Source: Thermoplasmatota archaeon (GTDB lineage Archaea > Thermoplasmatota > E2 > JACPAO01 > JAHFTW01). Taken from it: a stretch of 64,000 nucleotides of DNA. A program made the position numbers and the translations under genes. Positions 27,727-37,449 of the stretch are shown here, piece by piece; position 1 is the first letter of the stretch, and each line of letters starts with the position of its first letter. A model generated the notes under the pieces. It did not search any database. It was given only the letters and a program-made list of their open reading frames with translations, and was not told the DNA's origin. The stretch is taken from contig JBFIHX010000001.1 of assembly GCA_041601615.1 (NCBI GenBank), forward strand, positions 256,001 through 320,000, given 5' to 3'.

Positions 27727-29466
27727 CTATACGCCTTGATCTTCGCGCGTGTCATCGTAGCAGTCTGTGACGTACTTTTGCAGGTACGGACCACAGGCCA
27801 CGAGGAACGGTGCATCGGATCGCTTGAGGGTTTGCATTTGCAACATGCTCACTTGGTCGCCAGTAGAGACAGTCAGAATGGCATTCTGTGCATCGGTGTC
27901 ATACCACAGCGTGTCGTCTTGCACCTTCAATTCCAACACCAAGTTGTGTCCTGCGGGCAGCAGATAATCGGTCGGATACAAATTGAGGTCGATCTCGATG
28001 GGGACACCCGGCATGGTGGGCGTAACGCCTTCGCCACGGTGCATGAGATTTATGGCGCCCCGGCTGACCAATTGATCCTCAGAGCCGCTCATATCGAGGA
28101 GCCGCGCAATCAAGTAACCCCCCGCTCGATCACTGGCCACACGCACATGCAACGTGGGTGCGCCGACAATTCGTGTGTCCTCATGGGCAAGCCATTGGAA
28201 GCGCGTTCCTTCGTATCCAACCAACAACAACGGCACGTCCGTGGGTGGGTTTACGGTCACGGAGCCTGGCGTGGTGCCATTCGACTTCATGGACCCGTCT
28301 TGGGACAAGGAGAGGTCCCAGGGTTGCGCATCCATGGGTGGCCATGTGTCTTCGTGCCTCCAGCGCCCTTGGGAGTCCATCACGTCAATCATGGGTTCGT
28401 CCATGATACCATTGGGGATGCCCAGCAATTCGTGGTCAAACCAACGTTGCAACGTGAGGATCAAATCTTCGCGGCCGGACACGTCGGCGCTCGGGTAGGT
28501 GTGGGGCCACCAGCCAAGCCAGGCCTTCTTTTCAGTGGGAATGTCTGCAAACCACTGACCAAAATTGTCGGGCTTCACGGCCGCATCGAACCAACCTTGC
28601 AGGACAAAGACGCTCGCAGTCACATCTTCAGCACGCGGTCGAAAATCACGGGCATGGAAGTATGCGTTGTAGTCGCCCGTGGGGTCGTTGGCCATGGCGT
28701 TTGTATCTGCACATTCGGGGCTGGATGCGACGCTGTTGGCCCAGCCTTCTTGGCGTTCTTCATTCAAGCGCGGGGTCAACGCTGAGCTGGTGTATCCGGC
28801 GGTCGTGCCGTGCCAGCCAGTGCCATAGTGCACACCTCCTTGGTACAGGCCTGCGTAAGCGTGTGTAAGTGGCGCGGCGGGGACGACGGTGACGAGGCCG
28901 GGGGCGGCGTGGCTGGCGGCCATCACTTGCGTCATGCCGTCATAACTAAGGCCGTGCATGCCGACTTTGCCGTTGCTCCAGGGTTGCTGGGTGATGGCGT
29001 CAACGAGGGCAAGGACTCCGGCGACATCATTGGGGCCCATGAAGTCCCAACATCCGCCACTGCCTCCCATGCTGGCCGAATCCCCGAGGACGATGGCATA
29101 TCCGCGCTGAATCATGCGCTGGGTGAGTCCTTCGTAGGCAACGTATCCGTTGAATTTCAGGTCTGGGCCGACGCCATCGTCCCAGTAGGGGCTGGCCATG
29201 AGGAGCGTTGGGTATGTGTTCGGCAGGGATCCATTGAGCGCCGTTTTTGGGTCGGGCAGGTACACTTCCATGTGGACGGGGAATTCTGCCATGTCCGACG
29301 CAAAGGTCAGTTCCTGGTAGGTCCAGCCCGTCGAAATGGGCGCTGCCAATCCATTTGCATCCAATTGCACGGGGCTTGCCGAGGCTAGGGAATCCGGGGG
29401 AGATTCGTCGTTACCAGCGATGCAGCCCGCAAGCAGCAGGACGAGGAGCAATACGATTGCGCGCAC
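27727..29466 (-). CDS. CocE/NonD (peptidase S15) hydrolase, lipoprotein
   Basis: Lipobox LAGC; SPY, WSNGKVGMHGLSYDG nucleophile motif, GWFD, WPH. Confidence 0.9.
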   Translation of the reverse strand: MRAIVLLLVLLLAGCIAGNDESPPDSLASASPVQLDANGLAAPISTGWTYQELTFASDMAEFPVHMEVYLPDPKTALNGSLPNTYPTLLMASPYWDDGVGPDLKFNGYVAYEGLTQRMIQRGYAIVLGDSASMGGSGGCWDFMGPNDVAGVLALVDAITQQPWSNGKVGMHGLSYDGMTQVMAASHAAPGLVTVVPAAPLTHAYAGLYQGGVHYGTGWHGTTAGYTSSALTPRLNEERQEGWANSVASSPECADTNAMANDPTGDYNAYFHARDFRPRAEDVTASVFVLQGWFDAAVKPDNFGQWFADIPTEKKAWLGWWPHTYPSADVSGREDLILTLQRWFDHELLGIPNGIMDEPMIDVMDSQGRWRHEDTWPPMDAQPWDLSLSQDGSMKSNGTTPGSVTVNPPTDVPLLLVGYEGTRFQWLAHEDTRIVGAPTLHVRVASDRAGGYLIARLLDMSGSEDQLVSRGAINLMHRGEGVTPTMPGVPIEIDLNLYPTDYLLPAGHNLVLELKVQDDTLWYDTDAQNAILTVSTGDQVSMLQMQTLKRSDAPFLVACGPYLQKYVTDCYDDTREDQGV

Positions 29467-29519
29467 GTTCGCTGAGGCTCCGTTCTTCAGGTAAACCTTG
29501 GGGCCGATTCACCCGTAGC

Positions 29520-30539
29520 CTACGCGGCGACGAACGTCTGCCCAAGCGCTGCGGCGCGGTTGGCTTCGCAGCGTTCCTTGAGCAGCGCTTGCGCCTTGCT
29601 GTTGTTGGCTTTGTCGCCGGCCCATGCGTTCAGCGCGGGTTGTTGAAGCGCGCGTCCGTAGCTGAAGCTGAGCTTCCAGGGCTTGGCGCCGAGAGTGTTC
29701 ATGATGCGCAGGTGCTCGGTTGCTTCCTCGGGGCTCTGGCCGCCGCTCAAGAAGACAACGCCGGGCACACTCGCAGGCACACAATCCAGTAGGCCAATCA
29801 TGGTGCGGCGGGCGACTTCTTCGGCGTCGGCGCGGCCCTTCGCGTTCTTGCCGCTGATGATCATGCTGGGTTTCAGGAGGATGCCGGGCAGGTAGATGCC
29901 ATGGTCCTTGAGGGCCGCAAATAGGCAGTCCCAGGCCATGGTGGTGACCGCTTCGCAGGTGTCCACATCGTGGTCGCCGTCCATCAGCACCTCGGGTTCG
30001 ACAATCGGAACGATGCCCGCTTCTTGGCAAAGCGCGGCGTAGCGGGCAAGACCGTGGGCGTTGCCGACCAAGCAAGCTGTGCTGGGAATGTCTTCGCCAA
30101 TGGTGATGACGGCGCGCCACTTGGCAAACCGAGCGCCCATTCCGGCGTACTCCTTGAGGCGGTCGCGCAGGCCATCGAGACCTTCCGTGATCTTTTCGCC
30201 GGGGTGTCCGGCAAGGTCCACGGCGCCCGTGTCGACCTTGATGCCGGGGTAGATGCCGTTTTGCAGCAGAAGCTCCGGGATTGCGACGCCGTCCGTGGTA
30301 CTCTGGCGAATCGTTTCGTCAAACAAGATGACGCCAGCGACACTGTCGCCGAGGCCGGGCGTGGAAAACAGCATGGCGCGGTAGTCGCGGCGCGTGTCGG
30401 GGGTGCTCGGAATGCCAAGGGCGTCGAAGCGCTTGGTGCAGGTGCCATTGCTCTCGTCGGCTGCAAGGATTCCCTTCCCTTCGGCGACGAGGTACTGGGC
30501 GGTCTCGCGAAGGCGTGCGGTGTCCATGGCTGCGGGCAT
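29520..30539 (-). CDS. fba: Class I fructose-bisphosphate aldolase
   Basis: KGILAADES, GIKVD, FAKWRAVI, VPIVEPEVL, LLKP, FLSGGQS, SFSYGRALQ. Confidence 0.96.
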   Translation of the reverse strand: MPAAMDTARLRETAQYLVAEGKGILAADESNGTCTKRFDALGIPSTPDTRRDYRAMLFSTPGLGDSVAGVILFDETIRQSTTDGVAIPELLLQNGIYPGIKVDTGAVDLAGHPGEKITEGLDGLRDRLKEYAGMGARFAKWRAVITIGEDIPSTACLVGNAHGLARYAALCQEAGIVPIVEPEVLMDGDHDVDTCEAVTTMAWDCLFAALKDHGIYLPGILLKPSMIISGKNAKGRADAEEVARRTMIGLLDCVPASVPGVVFLSGGQSPEEATEHLRIMNTLGAKPWKLSFSYGRALQQPALNAWAGDKANNSKAQALLKERCEANRAAALGQTFVAA

Positions 30540-30707
30540 AGAGACCACCATGAAAGCGTGACGGCAGGCAAGCGGCGGCGACGATCAATAACTGCGCTCC
30601 GTTCGCCTGTTGTTTTGGCATGCGCCGGAATTTTCATAATCAATCAGCTCTTTCCTTGTCCGATGTCTTGTCCCCTTTCTGGCTCTCGCAAGGGCCCAAT
30701 CTCAACA

Positions 30708-31805
30708 ATGGCCCAAATATATCCAATTTTTCTAAGTATTTTACTTGCTGCCACTCTTACGTTGTCCGGATGTATAGATTCGGGAAACCAAGTGGATCAA
30801 AAAGCGCAGGGCGATATTGTAGTCATTGAAGATCCGTCCGACTACTCAAAAAGCGCAGTTAATCGGCCACACGTCCATAATTATTGGGCCGGAAAGACAA
30901 ATATTAGTGTTTTGGAGCAACAGTTCACACTACAGTACCTGGTACCGGGGTCCCAGTGTGGTCAGGGCGTGGACGAAATCTCTCAGGCTCGCAATTGCAT
31001 CACCCTCGTCCTAGCGTCGGGAGACCTCATCATACCAGGAACAGAAGGCGTCCTGGTGGGTGCGGACTGGTCCACCAGTGTTGGCGACGCGCTTCTCAAT
31101 GTAAGCGTCTATACGCCCATGGACCACAATATTCCAATGCATCAATTCAATCTTGAACAAGGCGGCTCGCGGCTCATCAGGACCAACGACACGTTCAACG
31201 ATCTTCCCCACAGCACCCTTTCGGGCTGGAGATTTGACGTATCCTTGTTCGGCGCGCTGCCAGGAGCGTCGGTGGAAGGCACAGTTGGCATCAATATCCT
31301 GCGCCAAGATGGGCCCCTACAGCCAGTCCCGCCACACCCCGATTACTGGGCAAACACCACTGCGTTGCCACTGCATGAGTCCATGGGCGAGCTTGCAGAC
31401 ATCAGCGGCCAAGGAAATCCGGCCTCGTCTGGAGACATCCCACCGTACGATTTGAGCTTCATCGAGGGGGCCATCGTGCCCCCCCAGGCAGCCAGCGTGG
31501 AAATTATGGTATACTACAATTCCACGGCCCCGCTTGCAGCCCACCACAACCCTGTACTGAATTGGCACGGCGCAGAGTCACGCGACTACTCCCATGAACT
31601 GGTTCCTCCGACAGAAGTCCACAAGGCCAACGTAGATGGCTTCTACCGCTGGGAGCTCGATGTGGACTCCTCGATGTGGGACAGTCCATATGCATCAGCT
31701 AGTCTTTGGGAGCTCAACATTCAGTGGACTGGGGAAACCCCGTTTGTGGCCCCATCCTATGGGGACGGAGATTATCATGTCGTTGTCGAGGTGTTCAACG
31801 CGTAA
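30708..31805 (+). CDS. Lipoprotein with internal duplication
   Basis: Lipobox LSGC; PHVHNYW / PHPDYW and DLPH...WRF / DSPY...WEL repeats; lower GC than neighbours. Confidence 0.75.
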   Translation: MAQIYPIFLSILLAATLTLSGCIDSGNQVDQKAQGDIVVIEDPSDYSKSAVNRPHVHNYWAGKTNISVLEQQFTLQYLVPGSQCGQGVDEISQARNCITLVLASGDLIIPGTEGVLVGADWSTSVGDALLNVSVYTPMDHNIPMHQFNLEQGGSRLIRTNDTFNDLPHSTLSGWRFDVSLFGALPGASVEGTVGINILRQDGPLQPVPPHPDYWANTTALPLHESMGELADISGQGNPASSGDIPPYDLSFIEGAIVPPQAASVEIMVYYNSTAPLAAHHNPVLNWHGAESRDYSHELVPPTEVHKANVDGFYRWELDVDSSMWDSPYASASLWELNIQWTGETPFVAPSYGDGDYHVVVEVFNA

Positions 31806-31877
31806 TTGTGATTGGGGTTCCGTCATCGGGAGGCGGTAGTTTGGGAGAGAAAGATGGCGAAGGGAGGTTGGCCTCGA

Positions 31878-32102
31878 CTACAATGGGCACGCAGCCAAGT
31901 TGACTCGGCAGGTGTGGACTGCCTGGTCTCGTGCATCAAACGCGAGGCCGATGACCTCACCTGCTGCACAAAGGGCAAACGTATCGATTTTTCCAGGGTT
32001 GCAGCCCAAGACCGCATTGGATTCACTGAGTTCGACAGCGGATGCTGCAGGCGTCAGGAGCAGGGCGAGCAACATCAAAGTCGCGATTTTGTATATTTTC
32101 AT
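31878..32102 (-). CDS. Small secreted 4-Cys protein
   Basis: MKIYK signal peptide ending AASA; GGTGA Shine-Dalgarno just upstream of the ATG. Confidence 0.7.
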   Translation of the reverse strand: MKIYKIATLMLLALLLTPAASAVELSESNAVLGCNPGKIDTFALCAAGEVIGLAFDARDQAVHTCRVNLAACPL

Positions 32103-32117
32103 ATATTCACCTTTTTT

Positions 32118-32159
32118 GATTGATATTGATTGCAACTATAGCACAATCATGAATCAATC
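32118..32159. promoter_or_regulatory. AT-rich imperfect inverted repeat (putative operator)
   Basis: GATTGATATTGATTG-N11-CAATCATGAATCAATC in the divergent promoter region. Confidence 0.4.
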
Positions 32160-32310
32160 TGCTCCTGAATTATGGACCTAGTTATTATATGAGCTGCCGA
32201 TTTACGGACGACTGTTAGTTCACATGTTTCGCGGTTGCCTTTGGCCCCATGGTGCGGGTGAAGAATCCTTCATTCACAACGGCTTTTCACACAAGGCGAT
32301 TGGGGAATCC

Positions 32311-32637
32311 GTGCAGTCGGTTCCTTGGCTCAGCTACATCCCGGTTCCAGGGCTCCAGGCGGTCGCTGTCTACCTTGCCCCCGAAGACCCACTGACGCGC
32401 TACCACGCGTGGCAGGGAGGCACCCTTGTGGCCCTGCTGTATGCGTTCTTGGTCCTCGTGGGACTCCTTGCCCGGGCCAGCGATGCCGCCGCGTTTCTTG
32501 CGACCATGGGACTGTTTTCCGGCTTCGGGCTCCTAGCCGGTGTTGCGGGGCTCGTGTACGGCGCAGTTTCGGCCGCGCGCGGTCGCTACGGCAGGGTTCG
32601 GCCCATCTGGGACCTAATAGCAGCCCTCAAAACCTAG
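32311..32637 (+). CDS. Small membrane protein (DUF4870-like)
   Basis: LSYI...RYHAWQG plus three TMs; start uncertain. Confidence 0.6.
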   Translation: MQSVPWLSYIPVPGLQAVAVYLAPEDPLTRYHAWQGGTLVALLYAFLVLVGLLARASDAAAFLATMGLFSGFGLLAGVAGLVYGAVSAARGRYGRVRPIWDLIAALKT

Positions 32638-33863
32638 GCCTTCGCCGCTTGGCTCTCAACCGAGACCGGATATCCTTCTTCTTGCAAGACACGCGCCAGT
32701 TCCTCGATGTGATCGTGGCCTCGAGTTTCCACTTCTACTTCGACATGGGTGCGGTGCAATGGAACATTGGCGCGGAACCGCTCGTGGCGCACATCGAGGA
32801 CGTTTGCCTTGTGCTCGGCCAGTAGGGTGAGAAGCTGCGCGATGGCGCCGGGGCGGTCCGGAACCTCCGTGCCGAACACCGCGATACGTCCCTCGGTGAC
32901 AAGCCCGCGGTTGATGATGCGGCTCAGAAGCGTCATATCGATGTTGCCCCCGCTGACAATCGCGCACGCCTTCTTGCCCTTCACATCCACATGACCATGC
33001 AGTGCCGCCGCGAGGGCAACGGCGCCTGCCCCTTCGGCTCCGACCTTGGTGCGCTCCAGCAAGTGCAAGATGGTGGTGGCAATCTCCGCCTCGCTGACGG
33101 TGACGACTTCGTCCACGTGTTTTTGGATGGCCTCGAACGTTAGTGTGCCCAATTTGCGGCACGCAATACCGTCCGCCATCGTGTGCACTTCATCGATGGG
33201 CACAACACGGCCTTTCTGGAGGCTTTGCGCCACCGTGCTTGCGCCTTCCGCCTGCACACCCACAATGCGACACTCGGGACGCAACGCCTTGACCGCAGTG
33301 GCAACGCCGCCGATGAGCCCGCCGCCGCCAATCGGCACCAGGAGAATGTCCAGGTCTGGAATCTCTTCAAGAATCTCCAAGCCCATGGTGCCCTGGCCCG
33401 CCATGATGAACGGATCGTCAAACGCATGCACGAACACCTTGCCCTTGTCCTCCTGGTAGGCCCGGGCATATTCGTAGGCCTCCTGGTAATCCATGCCCCG
33501 CAAGTGGACCTTGGCCCCGTAGCCACGCGTAGCAACTACCTTCGACAGGGTGGCATCCGTGGGCATGAACACATCGCTCTGGACGCCCGCCGCTGTGGCC
33601 GCAAACGCGACTCCCTGGGCGTGGTTGCCTGCACTCGCCGCGACAACACCGGCCGCCTTCTCCTGGCGCGTCAAGCTGTGGATCTTGTTGAGTGCCCCTC
33701 GAACTTTGAAGGAGCCCGTGCGCTGAAAGGTCTCCAATTTCAGGTACATATCGCCGCCCGTGAGCGCCGAAAGCGTCGAAGAACGCTTCATGGGCGTGTT
33801 GCGCACTTCGCCCCGAATGACCTCTCGCGCACGCTGAATGTCCTCAAGGCCAATGCCGGGCAC
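32634..33863 (-). CDS. ilvA: Threonine ammonia-lyase with ACT domain
   Basis: QRTGSFKVRGA, ASAGNHAQG, PIGGGGLIGG, SGGNID, PDRPG. Confidence 0.95.
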   Translation of the reverse strand: MPGIGLEDIQRAREVIRGEVRNTPMKRSSTLSALTGGDMYLKLETFQRTGSFKVRGALNKIHSLTRQEKAAGVVAASAGNHAQGVAFAATAAGVQSDVFMPTDATLSKVVATRGYGAKVHLRGMDYQEAYEYARAYQEDKGKVFVHAFDDPFIMAGQGTMGLEILEEIPDLDILLVPIGGGGLIGGVATAVKALRPECRIVGVQAEGASTVAQSLQKGRVVPIDEVHTMADGIACRKLGTLTFEAIQKHVDEVVTVSEAEIATTILHLLERTKVGAEGAGAVALAAALHGHVDVKGKKACAIVSGGNIDMTLLSRIINRGLVTEGRIAVFGTEVPDRPGAIAQLLTLLAEHKANVLDVRHERFRANVPLHRTHVEVEVETRGHDHIEELARVLQEEGYPVSVESQAAKA

Positions 33864-33886
33864 GGCGTTGGCGACCCAACATCAAT

Positions 33887-34828
33887 TCAAGGCTTTGCCG
33901 CAACCTGAACGGCCGCCGGGGCCGACGAAATGCGCGCACGATTGATCAAAAGCAGCCCCGCAAGCACCAAGGCGGCGCCAACGACGAAGAACACCGAAAC
34001 AGGCTCTCGAATCAGAATCGCGCCTGCAAGTGTTGCGACCACCGGGACCGCGTAGATGTACGAGGTAATCTCGCTGGCCGTGCGGAAGCGCAGGCTCAGG
34101 TTCCAAATGGTGTAGCCCGCCAGCGTCGCCGCGATGCTCACGTAAGCAAGCCAGAACCAACCCAAGCCGTCCAGCGCCGAGAGCGGAGCGACACCGTAGG
34201 ACAAGCCGAGCGGCAGAAGCATCAAGGTGCCCAGACTCATGGTCAAGCCACTGACGAACAGGCCACCGTACTTCGTGATGAGCGGCTTGGCGAGGATGCT
34301 GTAGCCACCCCACAGAATCGGCGCCAGCAACGCAATGAGGGTCTTCTTGGCCGCGACGAATTCCGCCTCGCCCGTGCCCAAAAACACCACGAAAGCGACC
34401 CCCGAGAAGGCGACGAGGCCGCCAACGAGCTTGCGGCCATCCAGCTGTTCCTGGCGCGACAAAATCGCCATCAGCATCGTCCACAACGGAGTCGTGGCCA
34501 CGAGAATCGCACCCGTGGCACCCGTGACGCTCGGGCCCGGTGTTAAATCCGACAAGGCCCAGTTCAGGGGAAAGTGGTAGCCGATGACGCCGAGGGAGCC
34601 CGCGATGGCCATGCGCACCCAATCGCCGCCCGAAACCAGCTTGAATCGGTGCCGGCGCTTGAGGAGAATCCAAGTGCCAAAACCCAGCAGGAACGGCACA
34701 TAGCGATACCAAGTAAGCTGGAACGGGTCCAGCGTGGAACCGAGCACTTTGATGGAAACAAACGCAGTGCCCCAAATCAGGACAAGGATCGCCATCCAGC
34801 CATCCACCGCATCGACGCGCCGCTCCAC
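33887..34828 (-). CDS. DMT/EamA family transporter
   Basis: About ten TMs, IWGTAF, two EamA-like halves. Confidence 0.9.
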   Translation of the reverse strand: MERRVDAVDGWMAILVLIWGTAFVSIKVLGSTLDPFQLTWYRYVPFLLGFGTWILLKRRHRFKLVSGGDWVRMAIAGSLGVIGYHFPLNWALSDLTPGPSVTGATGAILVATTPLWTMLMAILSRQEQLDGRKLVGGLVAFSGVAFVVFLGTGEAEFVAAKKTLIALLAPILWGGYSILAKPLITKYGGLFVSGLTMSLGTLMLLPLGLSYGVAPLSALDGLGWFWLAYVSIAATLAGYTIWNLSLRFRTASEITSYIYAVPVVATLAGAILIREPVSVFFVVGAALVLAGLLLINRARISSAPAAVQVAAKP

Positions 34829-34935
34829 GGGCCGAGCGACAAGGGCCTCATGAAAAAGACCGCCGCAGCGGGCCATCCAAGTCCCGACTCACACCCGACG
34901 GGCTTAAACCGGTCCCACCCTGGTCCGGATTCCCC

Positions 34936-36243
34936 ATGAGCGAGGCGTCCGAGTCCCAAGACCAAGGCCTACTCGACCGACTGCCCTGGTACACCGTGCC
35001 CGGCCTCCTGCTCGGCATTCCGTTGATGCTTTGGATCGGCACCAAAATCGCTCGCGACGCGGTCTACAGCAACTTCGTCTGCAAATACTACTGGGGCCCC
35101 ATCAAGGCCGACGCCATCACCGGCAGCAGTCAATACGACTGCGGCAACGGTGTCATCGCCCAAGCCGGCTACAACCTCGTCAACACCGCCTCCTGGGCCG
35201 TGCTGCTCGGTGTCTGTATCGTGGGCTTGGCTCAGATGCTCAAGCACTACAAGCAAGACATGGACAGCAAACTCATTCTCGGCGCCACCGCTTGGGTCGT
35301 CGCCGGCAGCATCTTCCACGTCCTGCAAGACACGGACCTGTTCCGTCAACCCCTGGAATTCCTGTTCATCACCCCGCCCATCTACCTGATGTTTGGCGCC
35401 GGCGGTGTCGGCAGCTTCCTCTTGGCCCAGTACGGCCGATTCATCCAAGACAAAACCAGCAGCCTCGAAGCAGCCATGCAAAAGATCTGGTTCATCCACA
35501 TCATTGGCATCCTGATGTACACCGCGCTCTGGCTCAAGGGCTGGGAGCAAATTGAATACTACGTCAACCCCGTCTTCTTCGCACTCTACATGATGGCCGG
35601 CTTCCTCTTGTGGCGCTACCGCACCAACAAGAAGGGCCACATCGACGCCGCCGAAACCACGATGATCTTCGCATTGCCGTGGTTCCTCCTGAGCCTCAAC
35701 TACGTCCTGCGGTTCCAACAGGAACCCTGGGTCCCCCAACGCATCAACGAAGGCCTCGAATTCGCGTTCTGGGCCGCTCCCCTCGCGGCCGCCGCCGTCG
35801 CTGGCATCGTTTACTTCGTTGCCAAGAAACTCGCCGCCAAGGGCAAAGAAGGCGCCCTCGCCTATCTCGTCCCGATCAACCTCGTGTTGATCTTCAGCCA
35901 AATGGTGGACGGCATCGCCACCGCCATCGGCATCGACCTCGGCCCCATCCTCAGCGACAGTGGCTACAGCGAGAAGCACGTGCTCAGCGAACTGGTGCGC
36001 CAAGGATTCGAAAATCTCGCCTCCTGGACCGGCTGGGACACCGGCGCCAAGTTCCCCACCTTCTTTGGATTCGCACCCATCAAGTTGGCCGTGAGTCTGC
36101 TGGTGATCTACGTCATCGACGTCCAGTCCAAAGAGGACGTCAAGAAGTACCCGACCCTCATCGGGCTCATCAAGTTCGCCATCATCATGGTCGGCATCGG
36201 ACCCGGCATCCGCAATATGGTTCGGATGAGTCTGGGTGTCTAA
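34936..36243 (+). CDS. DUF63-like archaeal membrane protein
   Basis: YYWGPI, GYNLVNT, FITPPIY, YSEKHVLS, GIGPGIRNMVR. Confidence 0.85.
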   Translation: MSEASESQDQGLLDRLPWYTVPGLLLGIPLMLWIGTKIARDAVYSNFVCKYYWGPIKADAITGSSQYDCGNGVIAQAGYNLVNTASWAVLLGVCIVGLAQMLKHYKQDMDSKLILGATAWVVAGSIFHVLQDTDLFRQPLEFLFITPPIYLMFGAGGVGSFLLAQYGRFIQDKTSSLEAAMQKIWFIHIIGILMYTALWLKGWEQIEYYVNPVFFALYMMAGFLLWRYRTNKKGHIDAAETTMIFALPWFLLSLNYVLRFQQEPWVPQRINEGLEFAFWAAPLAAAAVAGIVYFVAKKLAAKGKEGALAYLVPINLVLIFSQMVDGIATAIGIDLGPILSDSGYSEKHVLSELVRQGFENLASWTGWDTGAKFPTFFGFAPIKLAVSLLVIYVIDVQSKEDVKKYPTLIGLIKFAIIMVGIGPGIRNMVRMSLGV

Positions 36244-36252
36244 ACCCGAACC

Positions 36253-36279
36253 GGGTGGCCGAGCGCAGCAAGCACCGCC
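36253..36279 (+). repeat. Dispersed palindromic element, copy B (partial)
   Basis: GGGTGGCCGAGCGCAGCAAGCACCGCC; first 12 nt identical to copy A. Confidence 0.45.
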
Positions 36280-36461
36280 GTTTGCGTCCTTCGCCCCACT
36301 GTATCATTCCGCCTCCGCCGCTTCGACCCTACGTTTCCGGCTGTTTTTGCGGATTTGCCAAGCGAATGCCCATAGGGACGGTGTAGGTTCGTTTGCCAGT
36401 CGCTTCCCTGGATCTGCATGCAGGTTCAAGCTGGATGCGGCGCACTCCAGGAGAACCTACA

Positions 36462-37310
36462 ATGGCAACCTACAACGTCGAAAACCAATGGGGCGGAAGC
36501 AAGGCACAGTGGAACAAAGGAGGTGTCTTCGTTCTTGGCGCCCGGGACGACAAGCCTCAGAATATGGTCGCCATAGACATCAAATCTGGAGACGGCGGCA
36601 AGACCTTCACCGGCACCATGACGTACGAAGGCGAAGGCCCCATCGGGTTCAAGGCGAGCCTGATTGGCAACAACAACTACACGGTCGAGAACCAATGGGG
36701 CGGCAACACGGCGCCCTGGCACCCCGGCGGAACCTTCGTGATTGGCTACCGGGAGAACCAACTCGTGGTGGCGGTGGACATCGAGTCCAGCGACGGCGGC
36801 AAGAGCTTCACCGGCACCATGACCTACGCGGGCGAGGGTCCGATTGGTTTCAAGGCCGAAGAAATCGCCAACGACAACGCATACCACACGCAAAACCAGT
36901 GGGGCGGCAACACGGCTCCATGGCATGAGGGCGGCGTGTTCGTCCTGGGCGGTCGCAGCAATCAGCCGATGGTTGCCATCGATGTGACTTCCCCGGACCA
37001 AGGAAAAACGCTCACTGGCACAATGACCTACGCGGGCGAAGGACCCATCGGATTCCGTGGCACCCTGAATGGAGCGGGCAACTACGCTGTCGAAAACCAA
37101 TGGGGCGGCGACAAGGCGCCCTGGCACGACGGCGGCAACTGGCTCATCGGCTTCCGCAGCGACAAGCAAAACGTGGTCGCACTCAAGGCGACTTCGCAAG
37201 ACATGGGCAAGACGCTCATCGGCACACTGACCTACGCCGGCGAGGGCCCGATTGGCCTCACGGCAAATTGCCTCGGCGTGCCTCGCATGCAAGAGCGCGC
37301 CATCGCCTAA
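36462..37310 (+). CDS. OAA-family lectin (myxobacterial hemagglutinin-like), four repeats
   Basis: Four roughly 67-aa repeats Y..(E/Q)NQWGG..A.W..GG...GT(M/L)TY.GEGPIG. Confidence 0.95.
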   Translation: MATYNVENQWGGSKAQWNKGGVFVLGARDDKPQNMVAIDIKSGDGGKTFTGTMTYEGEGPIGFKASLIGNNNYTVENQWGGNTAPWHPGGTFVIGYRENQLVVAVDIESSDGGKSFTGTMTYAGEGPIGFKAEEIANDNAYHTQNQWGGNTAPWHEGGVFVLGGRSNQPMVAIDVTSPDQGKTLTGTMTYAGEGPIGFRGTLNGAGNYAVENQWGGDKAPWHDGGNWLIGFRSDKQNVVALKATSQDMGKTLIGTLTYAGEGPIGLTANCLGVPRMQERAIA

Positions 37311-37357
37311 TTGGGCGCCTTGGCCCAGCCTGCGCGCAACTCTGTGGCCGTGTCCTG

Positions 37358-37420
37358 GCGTTGCGCGTTCCGCCTCTTCCCTTCTTTCCTCGTTCTTTCC
37401 TTCTGTCCTTCCTTCGTTCC
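37358..37420 (+). terminator. Polypyrimidine tract downstream of the lectin gene
   Basis: Long near-pure C/T run between convergent genes. Confidence 0.45.
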
Positions 37421-37449
37421 GGCTCCGTGTCGATACCGGGCGTGGGCGG

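Noticed and set aside
36253-36330. tRNA-Ser/Leu-like start (GGGTGGCCGAGCG), also at 2471
   Set aside because: No anticodon arm, T-arm or acceptor stem can be folded; better explained as a repeat
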